From the NCBI GenBank assembly GCA_964016885.1, contig OZ024742.1, positions 240,498,001 through 240,562,000 of the forward strand: a stretch of 64,000 bases of DNA. The letters run 5' to 3'. Source of the stretch: Eledone cirrhosa (taxonomy: Eukaryota). The notes below the pieces were generated by a model. That model was given only the letters and a program-made list of their open reading frames with translations. It made no database searches and was not told where the DNA came from. Positions 1-11,399 of this stretch are shown in pieces; the first letter of the stretch is position 1; every line of letters starts with the position of its first letter. A program made the position numbers and the translations under genes.

Positions 1-552
1 CGATCAAAATAGACAGTTGCCACGGAGTAGGCAGACCCAGAAAAACCTGGGATGACTTGATAAATATTCCGATCTCACACGCTGACACCTCTCCAAGACA
101 ATGTCACTGGACCGAGATATTTAGCGCTGCACAGTAATACAGAAGACTCACCTTGCCTAAGTACAAAGCGAAACCTACAGTCAGTAGGCACCTGTTAACC
201 AAAATACAACCCCGCCCCACAACCCCTACCCCCACCGCCATCTACACCACCCCTTTCGATGTAAAGCTATGTTGGTACCACAACATCCAGTCCTAAATAA
301 ATGAGGTCGTGTAGGTGTCAACAAAAAAACACACAGTGCATGCTATAATGTGGCCGTGTAGGTAACACGGTAAAAACCTCCCAGTCCACACTGTAAACGT
401 GGTTGGTGTTAGGAAGGGCATCCATCCCTAGAAAACCCGCCAGACAGTGCTATACGAGCAAGACAACCAATCTTGCCTCAAGTGGGAAAATTTCCATCCA
501 AGCCCATGCTAGCGTGGAAGATGGACATTAAACGATGATGATGATGATGATG
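1..552 (+). mobile_element. RTE LINE family A, 3' end
   Basis: [11 protein letters not shown]-terminus, 3' UTR and (GAT)n tail. Homologous to 2474-3766 and 14020-18583. Confidence 0.85.
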
Positions 553-622
553 ATATATGTATATATATATGTATGTATATATATATATGTATATATGTAT
601 GTATATATGTATGTATATATAT

Positions 623-1230
623 GTCAGGTCACCAGTTGGTGCTACTGGTAACATGTATCCCAGTACAACCTGTCCCATGGTCGGGTCGTTGGCGACTAAA
701 CTGGCAACCCCACCAAGGTTTCTTGGTGAGGAGGGTGACTTTGGACATCCTGCAGGACTAAAAACAAAACCTGTCAAAGGGCAAAGGAGCTCTTAAGAGT
801 CAATGGCCATCCAAAATCACCGGGAGAGATGACCCCTTAGCCTTTGTCAAGGCAGAATTCTAGGAGAAGGAAAACTCTGATATAACACCTGCAACTCTCA
901 TGGTATCCAATGATGTTGACTTGTTCTTCTTTTTGGTAAATATCATCTTGGTTAAGAGAGTGGGACTGGCTTTGTGCAGTGCCTTTGCCCACTATAAAAG
1001 CTTCACGGCACAGGCATTGCTTTATATCTGGAGATCTCTCTGCACTTGTTGTCACATGGTACCATGGGCCTAGCACTATGTGTCAATAATGGTCACAAGT
1101 GTAGTCTTTGTACCAGAGTTTTCAAGTCGCTGGCTGGACTAAAAAGTCACATTCGTTCAGCGCATCGGTAGGGGTTCTCCTACATGGATATAAAGTAGTG
1201 GCCGTACTCGAAAACGAGTTGGCAGCCACC
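623..1230 (+). mobile_element. ~610-bp non-autonomous RTE-derived element, copy 1
   Basis: Near-identical to 1829-2436 and 56227-56831. The 3' part encodes a C2H2 remnant, [25 protein letters not shown]. Flanked by (TATG/TA)n. Confidence 0.8.
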
Positions 1231-1581
1231 ATGTATATATATATGTATATATGTATGTATATATGTATGTATATATGTATGTATATATGTATGTATATAT
1301 GTATGTATATATGTATATATATATATGTATATATGTATGTATATATATATATATGTATATATGTATGTATATATATGTATATATGTATGTATATATATGT
1401 ATATATGTATGTATATATATGTATATATGTATGTATATATATGTATATATATATGTATATATATATGTATATATATGTACATATGTATGTATATATATAT
1501 ATGTATATATGTATGTATATATATATATATGTATATATGTATATGTATATATGTATGTATATATATATATGTATGTATATA
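1231..1581. repeat. Compound (TA)n/(TATG)n microsatellite
   Basis: Read directly. Similar tracts lie at 553-622, 1753-1828, 2437-2473, 3769-3960, 11255-11390, 13972-14018, 21588-21642, 44617-44668 and 55528-55630. Confidence 0.97.
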
Positions 1582-1777
1582 TCATCATCATCGGGTTGTC
1601 CTGCTGTGGGCAGTGTCTGGTTGGCTGACCATGCTTTGCTCATACAGGAACTGATTTGGCTTGATTTCTACAGCTGGATGCCCTTCCTAGCACCAACCTC
1701 ATTTACAGTGAGTACTGGGTGCTTTTTCGTGGCGTCTACACGTCCACTTTACATATGTATGTATATATGTATGTATG

Positions 1778-1817
<40 letters not shown>

Positions 1818-1828
1818 TATATATATGT

Positions 1829-2436
1829 GTCAGGTCACCAGTTGGTGCTACTGGTAACATGTATCCCAGTACAACCTATCTCATGGTCGGGTCGTTGGCG
1901 ACTAAACTGGCAACCCCATCAAGGTTTCTTGGTGAGGAGGGTGACTTTGGACATCCTGCAGGACTAAAAACAAAACCTGTCAAAGGGCAAAGGAGCTCTT
2001 AAGAGTCAATGGCCATCCAAAATCACCGGGAGAGATGACCCCTTAGCCTTTGACAAGGCAGAATTCTAGGAGAAGGAAAACTCTGATATAACACCTGCAA
2101 CTCTGATGGTATCCAATGATGTTGACTTGTTCTTCTTTTTGGTAAATATCATCTTGGTTAAGAGAGTGGGACTGGCTTTGTGCAGTGCCTTTGCTCACTA
2201 TAAAAGCTTCATGGCACAGGCATTGCTTTATATCTGGAGATCTCTCTGCAATTGTCATCACATGGTACCATGGGCCCAGCACTATGTGTCAATAATTGTC
2301 ACAAGTGTAGTGTTTGTACCAGAGTTTTCAAGTCGCTGGCTGGACTAAAAAGTCACACTCGTTCAGCGCATCGGTAGGGGTTCTCCTACATGGATATAAA
2401 GTAGTGGCTGTACTCGAAAACGAGTTGGCAGCCACC
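1829..2436 (+). mobile_element. ~610-bp non-autonomous RTE-derived element, copy 2
   Basis: Same termini as copy 1 (gtcaggtcaccagtt...ggcagccacc) with scattered substitutions. Confidence 0.8.
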
Positions 2437-2473
2437 ATATATGTATATATGTATGTATATATATATATGTATA

Positions 2474-3766
2474 TCATCATCATCATCATCGTTTAACGTC
2501 CATGTTCCACGCTCGCATGGGTTTGGACGGGAGTTTTCCCACTTGAGGCAAGAGTGGTTGTCTTGCTCGCATAGGACTGTCTGGCGGGTTTTCTACAGCT
2601 GGATGCCCTTCCTGACACCAACCACATTTACAGTGTGGGGCTGGGAGGTTTTTACCGTGTTGCCTACACGGCCACATTACAGCGTGGACTGTGTGTTTTT
2701 TGTCGTGACACCTACACGATCTTATTTGTTTCGGCCTGGATGTTGTGGCACCAACATAACTTTACATTGAAAGGGGCGGTGTGGATGGGGTGGGGGTGGT
2801 GGGACGGGGGTGTATTTTGTTAGAGATACCTACTGACTGTAGTAGGTTTTACTTTGTATTTAGGTAAGGCGGGTCTTCTCTATTACTGAGTACCGCCAAA
2901 GGTCTTGGTCCAGTGACATTGTCTTGGAGAGGTGTAAGTGTGTGAGGTCGGAATTTATCAGCTCGTCCCAGGTTTTTCTGGGTCTGCCTACTCCGTGGCT
3001 ACCATCTATCTTTATTGCCCTGCACTTTGTTATACAGCTGTCGTCTTTCATGCGCATCACGTGACCATACCAACATAGCCTTCTCTCGAGTAAACATCTG
3101 ATCCCTCTTATTTCTAATTTTTTCCTTAGTTCGTTTATGCTTTGCCGTTCACGTATATTTCTATTACACATCCAGCGGAGCATGCAAGCTTCGTTCCTCT
3201 CTAGTCTGCATATATCCTCTGCACACAATGCCCAGGTCTCACTGCCATGCAACATTGCTGTTCGTATGCAGGCATCATATAACCTGCCTTTCATTTTTAG
3301 GGAGAACCCTTTAGCGGCTAATAGTGGTATAAGCTCTCTGAACTTTTTCCATCCAGTTCTGACTCTAGCTACTGTACTTTCAGAGCACCCTCCCCCACTG
3401 CTGATTTTGTCACCCAGGTAACGGAAGCTGTCCACTATTTCTATAGAACCCTCTGCGCAATTGAAAGAGCTAGTATTCTGTGGGCACTTGCTGCTACTTA
3501 TTGCACCAGAGCACCGGCCACATGTAAAATCTGTGTTCTTAGTTAGCTTACCTGTGATCCCACTATATCTTTTATGCACCCATACTTTGCATTTGGGACA
3601 TAAAATGGAGTTTCTACCTACGCCTTTCCTACACACTGAGCATGGCCATTTCTCAGAAGGGACCGGCGCCTTATTTTCTTTCCTACAAACTAGAACTTTA
3701 GTCTTAGTCAGGTTAATTTTAAGGCCTTTTGATTCTAGGCCGTGCTTCCATGTTTGGAATTTCTTC
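2474..3766 (-). mobile_element. RTE LINE family A, 5'-truncated
   Basis: ORF2 C-terminus (PHD-like finger, [20 protein letters not shown]), (CAT)n tail at 2474. The 5' end abuts a TA microsatellite. Confidence 0.92.
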
Positions 3767-3885
3767 TTGTATATATGTATGTATATATATATATGTATAT
3801 ATGTATGTATATATATATATGTATATATGTATGTATATATATATATGTATATATGTATGTATATATATATATGTATATATGTATG

Positions 3886-3952
<67 letters not shown>

Positions 3953-3962
3953 GTATGTATAA

Positions 3963-4982
3963 TTGAAAGGTATAGAAAACATTGTAGCAAAAAGCGAACA
4001 GTATTCCATAATATATATGTGACTATAGCGTCAAAATGGGAATAATAGTTAACGTAAGATGTGGGAAAAATAATTCAAACTCAACTCAAAGAGAATCAGG
4101 ATATAGATTCATCCACAGAATTTAGTGAAATCCAGGGAAAAATCAATAGAGCCTTAACTCATGATAAAATAAAGTTTAAAATATTTTTCCTTCAATTTGA
4201 AAAAACTTCAAATGCTTTTCACAAAAACTTTCAGTGGAGATGGTCACGGTTGGAATTCGACCGTCAGCAGAGCTCAGCTCTATAACCAAAATTTCTCACT
4301 GATTAATATGCCAAAAAGGGAATTTAAAACAGGCTAGTTCACCATCATGCGTGATTATGAAAAATAAAACACACATGTGGAAAGACAGGGCTGGTGACGT
4401 CAGAATGAGACGAATGTTTGTTTACAAGAAACAACAGTCAAAAAACATTCCGAAAAAAACTCTACAATAAGGAGTTCAGCAAAAATCAATATTATCGCGG
4501 CTTTTTATAAAAAATACCGGGATTAGTCACAAATAATTTAAGCACTCTAGGAAAGAAATCCGAGTATAAATATATAAATGAAAGGTATAGAAAACATTGT
4601 AGCAAAAAGCCAACAGTATTCCATAATATATAAGTGACTATAGCATCAAAAAGGGAAAAATAGTTAACGTAAGATGTGGGAAAAATAATTCAAACTCAAC
4701 ACAAAGAGAATCAGGATATAGATTCATCCACAGAATTTAGTGAAATCCATGGAAAAATCAATAGAGCCTTAACTCATGATAAAATAAAGTTTAAAATACT
4801 CATCCTTCAATTTGGAAAAACTTCAAATGCTCTGTATAGTCTTAAAGACTATTTCACAAAAACTTTCAGTGGAGATGGTCACGGTTGGAATTCGATCGTC
4901 AGCAGAGCTCAAATCGATAACCAAAATTTCTCACTGATTAATATGCCAAAAAGGGAATTTAAAACAGGCTAGTTCACCATCA
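3963..4982 (-). mobile_element. 615-bp tandem repeat (~1.65 units) carrying a hammerhead ribozyme; retrozyme or PLE pLTR-like
   Basis: Direct repeat with 615-bp period (4061 vs 4676), no credible ORF, microsatellite on both sides, HHR on the minus strand. Confidence 0.75.
4829..4908 (-). ncRNA. Type I hammerhead ribozyme
   Basis: Minus strand reads GCUCUG-CUGACGA-[40 nt]-GAAA-UAGUCU-UUA-AGACUA-UA^CAGAGC: 6-bp stem I, 7-bp stem III, intact core, AUA cleavage triplet. Stem II is weak by eye. Confidence 0.8.
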
Positions 4983-5007
4983 TATATATGTATGTATATA
5001 TGTATAT

Positions 5008-7940
5008 CATCATCATCATCATCACCGTTTTACGTCCGTTCTTCCACGCTAGCATGGGTTAGACGGGTTGTCCTGTTGTGGGCAGTGTCTGGTCGGCTGA
5101 CCATGCCTTGCTCATACAGGAACTGATCTGGCTTGATTTCTACAGCTGGATGCCCTTCCTAACACCAACCTCATTTACAGTGAGTGCTGGGTGCTTTTTC
5201 GTGGCGCCTACACGTCCACTTTACAGTGTGGGCTGGGTGCTTTTTTGCCGTGGCACCTCCACGACCACCTTGCGGTGGGTGGGGGGGGGGGGCATATTGT
5301 TTATATGCTTCAGCATGTACCCATGGGAGGTCGGGTACCCTGTATTACTGCGTGACGCCAGAAGTCACGGTCGTGTGTCATTGACTTTGAGAGGTGTAGT
5401 TGGGTAAGGTCGGCTTTTATCACCTCATCCCAAGTCATCTTGGGTCTCCCCACTCCGCGGTTTCCATCAACTTCTAGTGCTCTGCACCTTTTTATGCAGC
5501 TGTCATCCTTCATACGCATCACATGTCCATACCAGCGTAACCGCCTCTCCTGCACGCAGCATTTGATTCCTCTTATGCTCAGTCTCTCTCTCAATTCATT
5601 TATGCTTTGTCGTTCACGTATATTACTGTTACACATCCATCGGAGCATGCAGGCTTCGTTTCTCTCTAATCTACGTAAGTCTTCCACCTTCAGCGCCCAG
5701 GTCTTACTACCATGCAGCATCGCTGTTCGGATACACGCATCATACAGTCTGCCTTTCATTCTGAGGGAGAAGCCTTTTGCAGCTAGCAGTGGTAGTAGTT
5801 TCCTAAACTTCTTCCATCCCGTTCTTACCCTAGTTATTGTACTTTCTGAGCACCCACCTCCGTTGCTAATTCGGTCACCTAGGTAGCAGAAGCTGTCTAC
5901 TGTTTCTACAGGGCCCTCCCAGAGATTGGTGGTACTTGTTTCCTGTGGCTGTTTGCTTGCTGTTTCAGCACAGCTGCTGCATGTGAATCCTACATTCTTA
6001 ATTAAGCTTCCTGAGATCCCGCTACATCTCTTGTGTACCCATTGTTTGCATTTGGGGCAAAGAATGGAGTTCCTACCTACACCTTTCCAACATACTGAGC
6101 AAGGCCATTTCCCTGAGGGGATCTGGGTTCTGTTTTCTCGTCTACTTATAAGGACCTTAGTCTTTGTCATGTTGACTTTGAGGCCCTTTCTCTCTAGTCC
6201 CTGCTTCCAGGTTTGGAATTTATTCTCTAGTTCTACCATAGATTCAGCTATGAGTGCGAGGTCATCAGCATACAGGAGTTCCCATGGGCATCCGGTCTTA
6301 AACTCCTCCGTTATTGCCTGCAGGACTATGATGAACAGGAGAGGGCTAAGAACAGAGCCCTGGTGGACCCCAACCTGTACGCTAAATTCCTCGCTATACT
6401 CATTGCCAATCCTAACTTTGCTGACTGCTCCCCTATACATGGCTTGTACCGCTTTCACAAGCCATTCATCTACTCCTAGTTTTCTAAGAGCCCACCAGAT
6501 TACTGCACGTGGAACTCTGTCAAAGGCTTTCTCAAGGTCGACAAATGCCAAGTAGAGTGGCTTACTTTTAGCTAGGTACTTTTCCTGTAATTGCCTCACA
6601 AGGAAGAGGGCATCAGTGGTGCCTTTCCCTGGTACAAACCCAAATTGCATCTCGTCTATATTCACCCGGTCCCTAATCAGCTGTGCTATAACTCTTTCTG
6701 TTACTTTCATGACCTGGTCCATCAACTTTATACCTCTATAGTTTCCTCTATCTAGTGCATCGCCTTTACCTTTGTAGCAGTTGACAATGATGCTACTGCA
6801 CCAATCTTTTGGTATGGCCCCCTCTAGTATTACCTGGTTAACGATACGTGTGGTTATAGTGTGACCTACAGACCCAGATGCCTTCAGCATCTCGGCAGCT
6901 ATACCCGATGGACCGGTTGCCTTCCCTATCTTCATATCTCTGATTGCCTTACTTACTACGCTGCCGCTGACTTGTACTGCTGGTCCCTCTATAGGGTCTA
7001 CGTGGGGTAGGGTCTCTTCTTCCCATGCATTCTCCTCATTTAGTAATCTATCATAATGACTCTTCCATGCATCTTTCTTCTCAGCACTTGTGAGGGCAAG
7101 CTCACCTTTATCATTCCGGATACACTTCTCTCCAATGACATCACAACTATCTCTGACACACTGCCTCGCAATCTTGAATACCTCCTGTTTCTGGTCCTCA
7201 CGTTGTAAAACATGCTTGAATTTTCTATCCTCTGCTTCCCTCCTAGCTAAGTATACTTGTCGCCTAGCTTCCCTCTTGGTCTCTATGTAATGTACCCTGC
7301 TCCCCCCGTTCTTCCATTCTTTCCATGCCTGTCTCTTGGCCTTGACTGCTTCATCTACCTTATTGTTCCACCACCAAGTCACTCTCCTCCTGCTTGAGGT
7401 CTTACTCCAGCCACAAACCTCATCCGTCGCCTCTAGTAAGTTATTTTTTAGGAACTCCCAGTTCTCTTCTACGTTAAATGTCTCTATCTGTTCTTCTTTA
7501 CTGTCGTAGGCGTTGAGTAAAATATCTTTAAATCTGTTACTGGTTGAGGGGACTTTCAGCTTCCAGATCTTTCTTCTCCAGGTTGGCCTCTGTTTCAGGG
7601 CTCGTCTAGTTCTGACCGTGAGGTCGCTGACAACTAAGCTATGTTGGGATGTACATTCCTCACTAGGGAAGGCTTTTGTGTTTACGACCGTCCATCTGTC
7701 ACGTCCTCTGATGAGGATAAAATCTAACTGACTAGAGTGCTCCCCTGATCTATAGGTGATCAGGTGGTTGTCGGGTTTTTTAAAGTTTGTGTTACATATC
7801 GACATGTCATTGGCGTCGCAGAATTCTAGAAGTCTGAATCCTTCCTCATTCCTTGTGCCAACTCCATGGCCTCCATGTACTCTATTGAAGCCGTCGCAGT
7901 GTTTACCTACGTGTCCGTTAAAATCTCCTGCAATGATTAG
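5008..7940 (-). mobile_element. RTE LINE family B, 5'-truncated, long open ORF2 (partial APE + RT + PHD-like finger)
   Basis: ORF 5310-7940 with AGDFNGH, NYRGIKL, DLEKAFDRVP, GVHQGSVLSPLLF and LYADD motifs. (CAT)n tail. Confidence 0.95.
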
Positions 7941-9502
7941 GAAGTATATATGTATGTATATATGTATGTATATTGTTTTCAAGTACTATTTATACTGTGA
8001 TATAAATAGATAAGTGTGATGCAATTAGCAGTTGAATTTAATGATTTTAGTAGATAGGCATGTTATGTTTTGACATGTAAAAACTAGTACCTTAAGATAA
8101 TGTAATGTAATTTTCCTAGAATATCGACTTAACATAAACATACTATACATATACATGTATATACATGTAGCGTAAAAAACATCTAGCCACATGTCTACTT
8201 TACTAGTATAACTCTCAATATCCTGTGATTATTTAGTAGAAAATATCTAAAAACATGATTGTTAATTTAAATGTTTATAGTATCTTTATTAGGAGGGGGG
8301 GGGGGGCAGATTGTTGTGAAAATTTACAATAAACTAAATCAAGGCTTTAACTTTTAATGTGATGCAGTCATAGTGTTGCTTTATACTTTTCAAGAATGTC
8401 TTACTAATAATTGTTTCTACTTTTGGCACAAGGCTAGCAATTATCCCAGTGCGTTACTGGTACTTTAGTTTATCAATCCCGTAAGGATGAAAGGCAAAGT
8501 TAACCTCGGATCGATTTGATCTTAGACCGTAAAGGGCCACAACTCTGCTGCAAAGCATGGCATCCGACCCTCTACTGATACTGGAAGTTTGATGAGGTAC
8601 AGTGTGTTACTAGGTAATGTTGAGTTTTTCCAAAACTTTTATTGTTTAAATCTCTGGTACATTTGGTGACATATTGTACTACAGAATATATCTATAGAAT
8701 TTTAGGCAACACTATGTGTAGACATATGTAAACATCTTGTCTGTATATAAAATATATTCATGGATAGAAAAAGAGTATCAGCCAGACCATTATGCATCAT
8801 AACACCCATGTCAGTGGATGTAGTATTGCTGAATGGTTAAGAAATTTGTTTCAAAATCATTAGGTTCTGGGTTTAACTCCAGTGTCATCTTGCTTGGGTC
8901 AATCCATGCATTGTGAGTAAAATTGGGTAGATGAAAACTGTTTGGAAGTCCGTTTGATGAACTGATCGTGCAATTCAAAGGTCCATTATGTCACACTGAA
9001 TCTCCCTGAGAATTATGTGTCTGTGAAATGCTCAGACACCTACACATTAATTTCATGAGCAGGTTACTCTGTTGATCAAACAACTACAACTTTCATCCTT
9101 GCAATTGACAGAGGTCCATTATATTTCAAGCTGATATCAACACAGAAAAATACTGCATCAAGATTTCTATGTTAATCAATAAGTTCCAAGAAATATTTGC
9201 TGACTTTAAAAACCTTGGGAATAATATTTCTTTATTTCATTCTCTTTTATATATGGTACCAGAATAGTTCCAGCTAGAATTAATTGAACTCATGTGTAAT
9301 CTGTATTAAGAAAGATTTTGTTTGAAGTTTTGATTGATGTTAGCACATTTTATCTTGGGCAAAATTACCCAGGATTACATGTTTGACCTAAACATTTATG
9401 CCAGAGTTAGAAAGCACATGTTCCGTGAGGAGCAACAGAAGTGATTTCCATACAGCTTGTTCAGAACTATGAACTATAAAGCAGTTTGTTGTCAAACAAT
9501 AT

Positions 9503-9884
9503 TAACTCTTAATGACGTCCTGTAATGATTTAGCTGAAAATATCTAAAAAAAAAGCTTTGTTAATTAAAATGTTTATAATATATTTATTACCTGACAAAT
9601 TGTGAAAATTGGAGTAAAGACTCTAATTTCTAAAGTTGATGCATGGTTGTTGATTGACTCTTAACTCCTGTAATTATTTAGTAAAAATATCTAAAAATGG
9701 GTTCAAATGTTTATAACGTTCAAATGTTTATAATGTTTTTACTAGCAGATAGTTCATTGTGAACATTTGCAGTATTAGAGAAAACACTTAAATTTTTAAT
9801 ATGATGCAGTTGGTGTGTCATTTTGTACTTTTCAAGGATGTTTTGCTAATGTGATTTCATGTGGTACAGGACATTAAGAGTTAA
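9503..9884. mobile_element. TTAA-bounded MITE (piggyBac-like), degraded
   Basis: Terminal inverted repeats ttaactcttaatg..tcctgta / tacaggacattaagagttaa. Related fragments near 8210, 49000-49215, 50450-50657 and 58540-58725. Confidence 0.55.
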
Positions 9885-11251
9885 CTAATGTGAGTAGGAA
9901 GACAAGAAAGAAAACTATACTTACTTGTTTAGAAAATGATGAACATTTAAGGTCATATAAAGAGGCTATACAGAATTGTTTTTTCTGATATTTCAGTCTA
10001 AGTACAATTGATCAGTTTATTCTTTTAATTGTTTCAATCATTAGACTTTGGTAATTCTGGGACATTGCCTTGATTTAGTCGATCGTATTGGCTCCCAGTA
10101 CTTGTTTTTTAAAAAAATCTGGTACTTATTTATCCATCTCTTTTTTGTTGAACCACTAGGTTATGGGCCAAAAATAGACACAAATGTAAACATAGACATG
10201 GACATGCACGCGCGTACATGCACACACACACACACACACATGCATGCACACACACAACTGGATCACAAAGCATTGGATAACCTAAAACTATAGTAGAATT
10301 CACTTGCTCAAGGTGCTATGCAGCAAGACTGAACCCAGATCCACATGTTTATGAAGTGAACTCCTTAACCACAGTGCCATGCCTGTTTTCTTTGGTGGCT
10401 GAATTGAGTAGTGATGGGAATAGAGCCAGTGGTAAATGGTGTGCAGAGGACTGAAATAAGATGGCTGGGTCATGTGTTGAGGGAGGATGAAAGTTACTGG
10501 GTGAGGAGAATGATGAGAATAGGGCTAATGATAGATGTGAAGTGAAATAGAATGAGATGGTTGAGTCATATGTTGAGGAAGGATGAAAGTGACTGGGTAC
10601 ATGAATAGAGCCAGTGTTGAATGTTGTGAAGAGAAATAGAATGGGATGGTTGGATCATGTGTTGAGGAAGGATGAAAGTGACCGGGTGAGAGGATTGATG
10701 AAATAAAGAAGTTGGAGGTTTTTAATAACATAACTAATTTTCTTCACATTATTAAGCTGGTGTTTTGAACATAAACTTCACAAAGGTTCTCGCATAAAAT
10801 TCTGTTGGAAAGTTTTTAGATAAATATAAACACATTAATGGTAGTTAATGGTTGATATATGGCTGAGTAAATAGGGAAAAGTATAATCTATAATCTTCTA
10901 AAAGGTATGATTAATTACTTAATATACAAAAGGAAAGAAAATCAACTTACAACAACCTAGCAGTAGAGAGATGTTGACAGACGACTTTTAAGTGCAAAGG
11001 TTGTATAGTATATGTAGTGCAAAGGTTATATACATTATAGTATGAAACAAAATGTATTTGACTAAAGATAGTAAATTTAGCTGACAATACTCGAAATTAT
11101 AATAGGTACTAGGCTACAAATTTCAGCCATGACCACCCCCTTTTTGGTGGGCACTGTAGGTTGTAATTTGTGTGGGGTTTTTTTTTGTAAGTCTGGTACA
11201 CATTTTATTGGTCTCTTTTTGTTTAACACAAACAAAACAAAGATCTCCCAT

Positions 11252-11316
<65 letters not shown>

Positions 11317-11350
11317 ACATACGCACACACATACACACATATTATTTATA

Positions 11351-11399
<49 letters not shown>

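Noticed and set aside
623-710. Canonical HDV-like or twister ribozyme at the head of the 610-bp element
   Set aside because: P1, P3 and L3 could not be placed in canonical order and twister's conserved GAGGG segment is absent. Kept only as a hypothesis.
478-2002. Many Tyr/Ile/Met/His-rich ORFs (also near 3719-4009, 11077-11569, 13877-14181, 48505-48838 and 55358-55734)
   Set aside because: These are translations of stop-free (TA)/(TATG)/(CA) microsatellites, not genes.
5440-8013. Plus-strand ORFs of 60-209 aa (and equivalents at 14479-17420 and 60121-61042)
   Set aside because: Antisense shadows of retroelement ORFs with no independent motifs.
10400-10700. Three degenerate ~95-bp repeats as a novel element
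   Set aside because: They are old tandem copies of the RTE RW.GHVLR coding segment.
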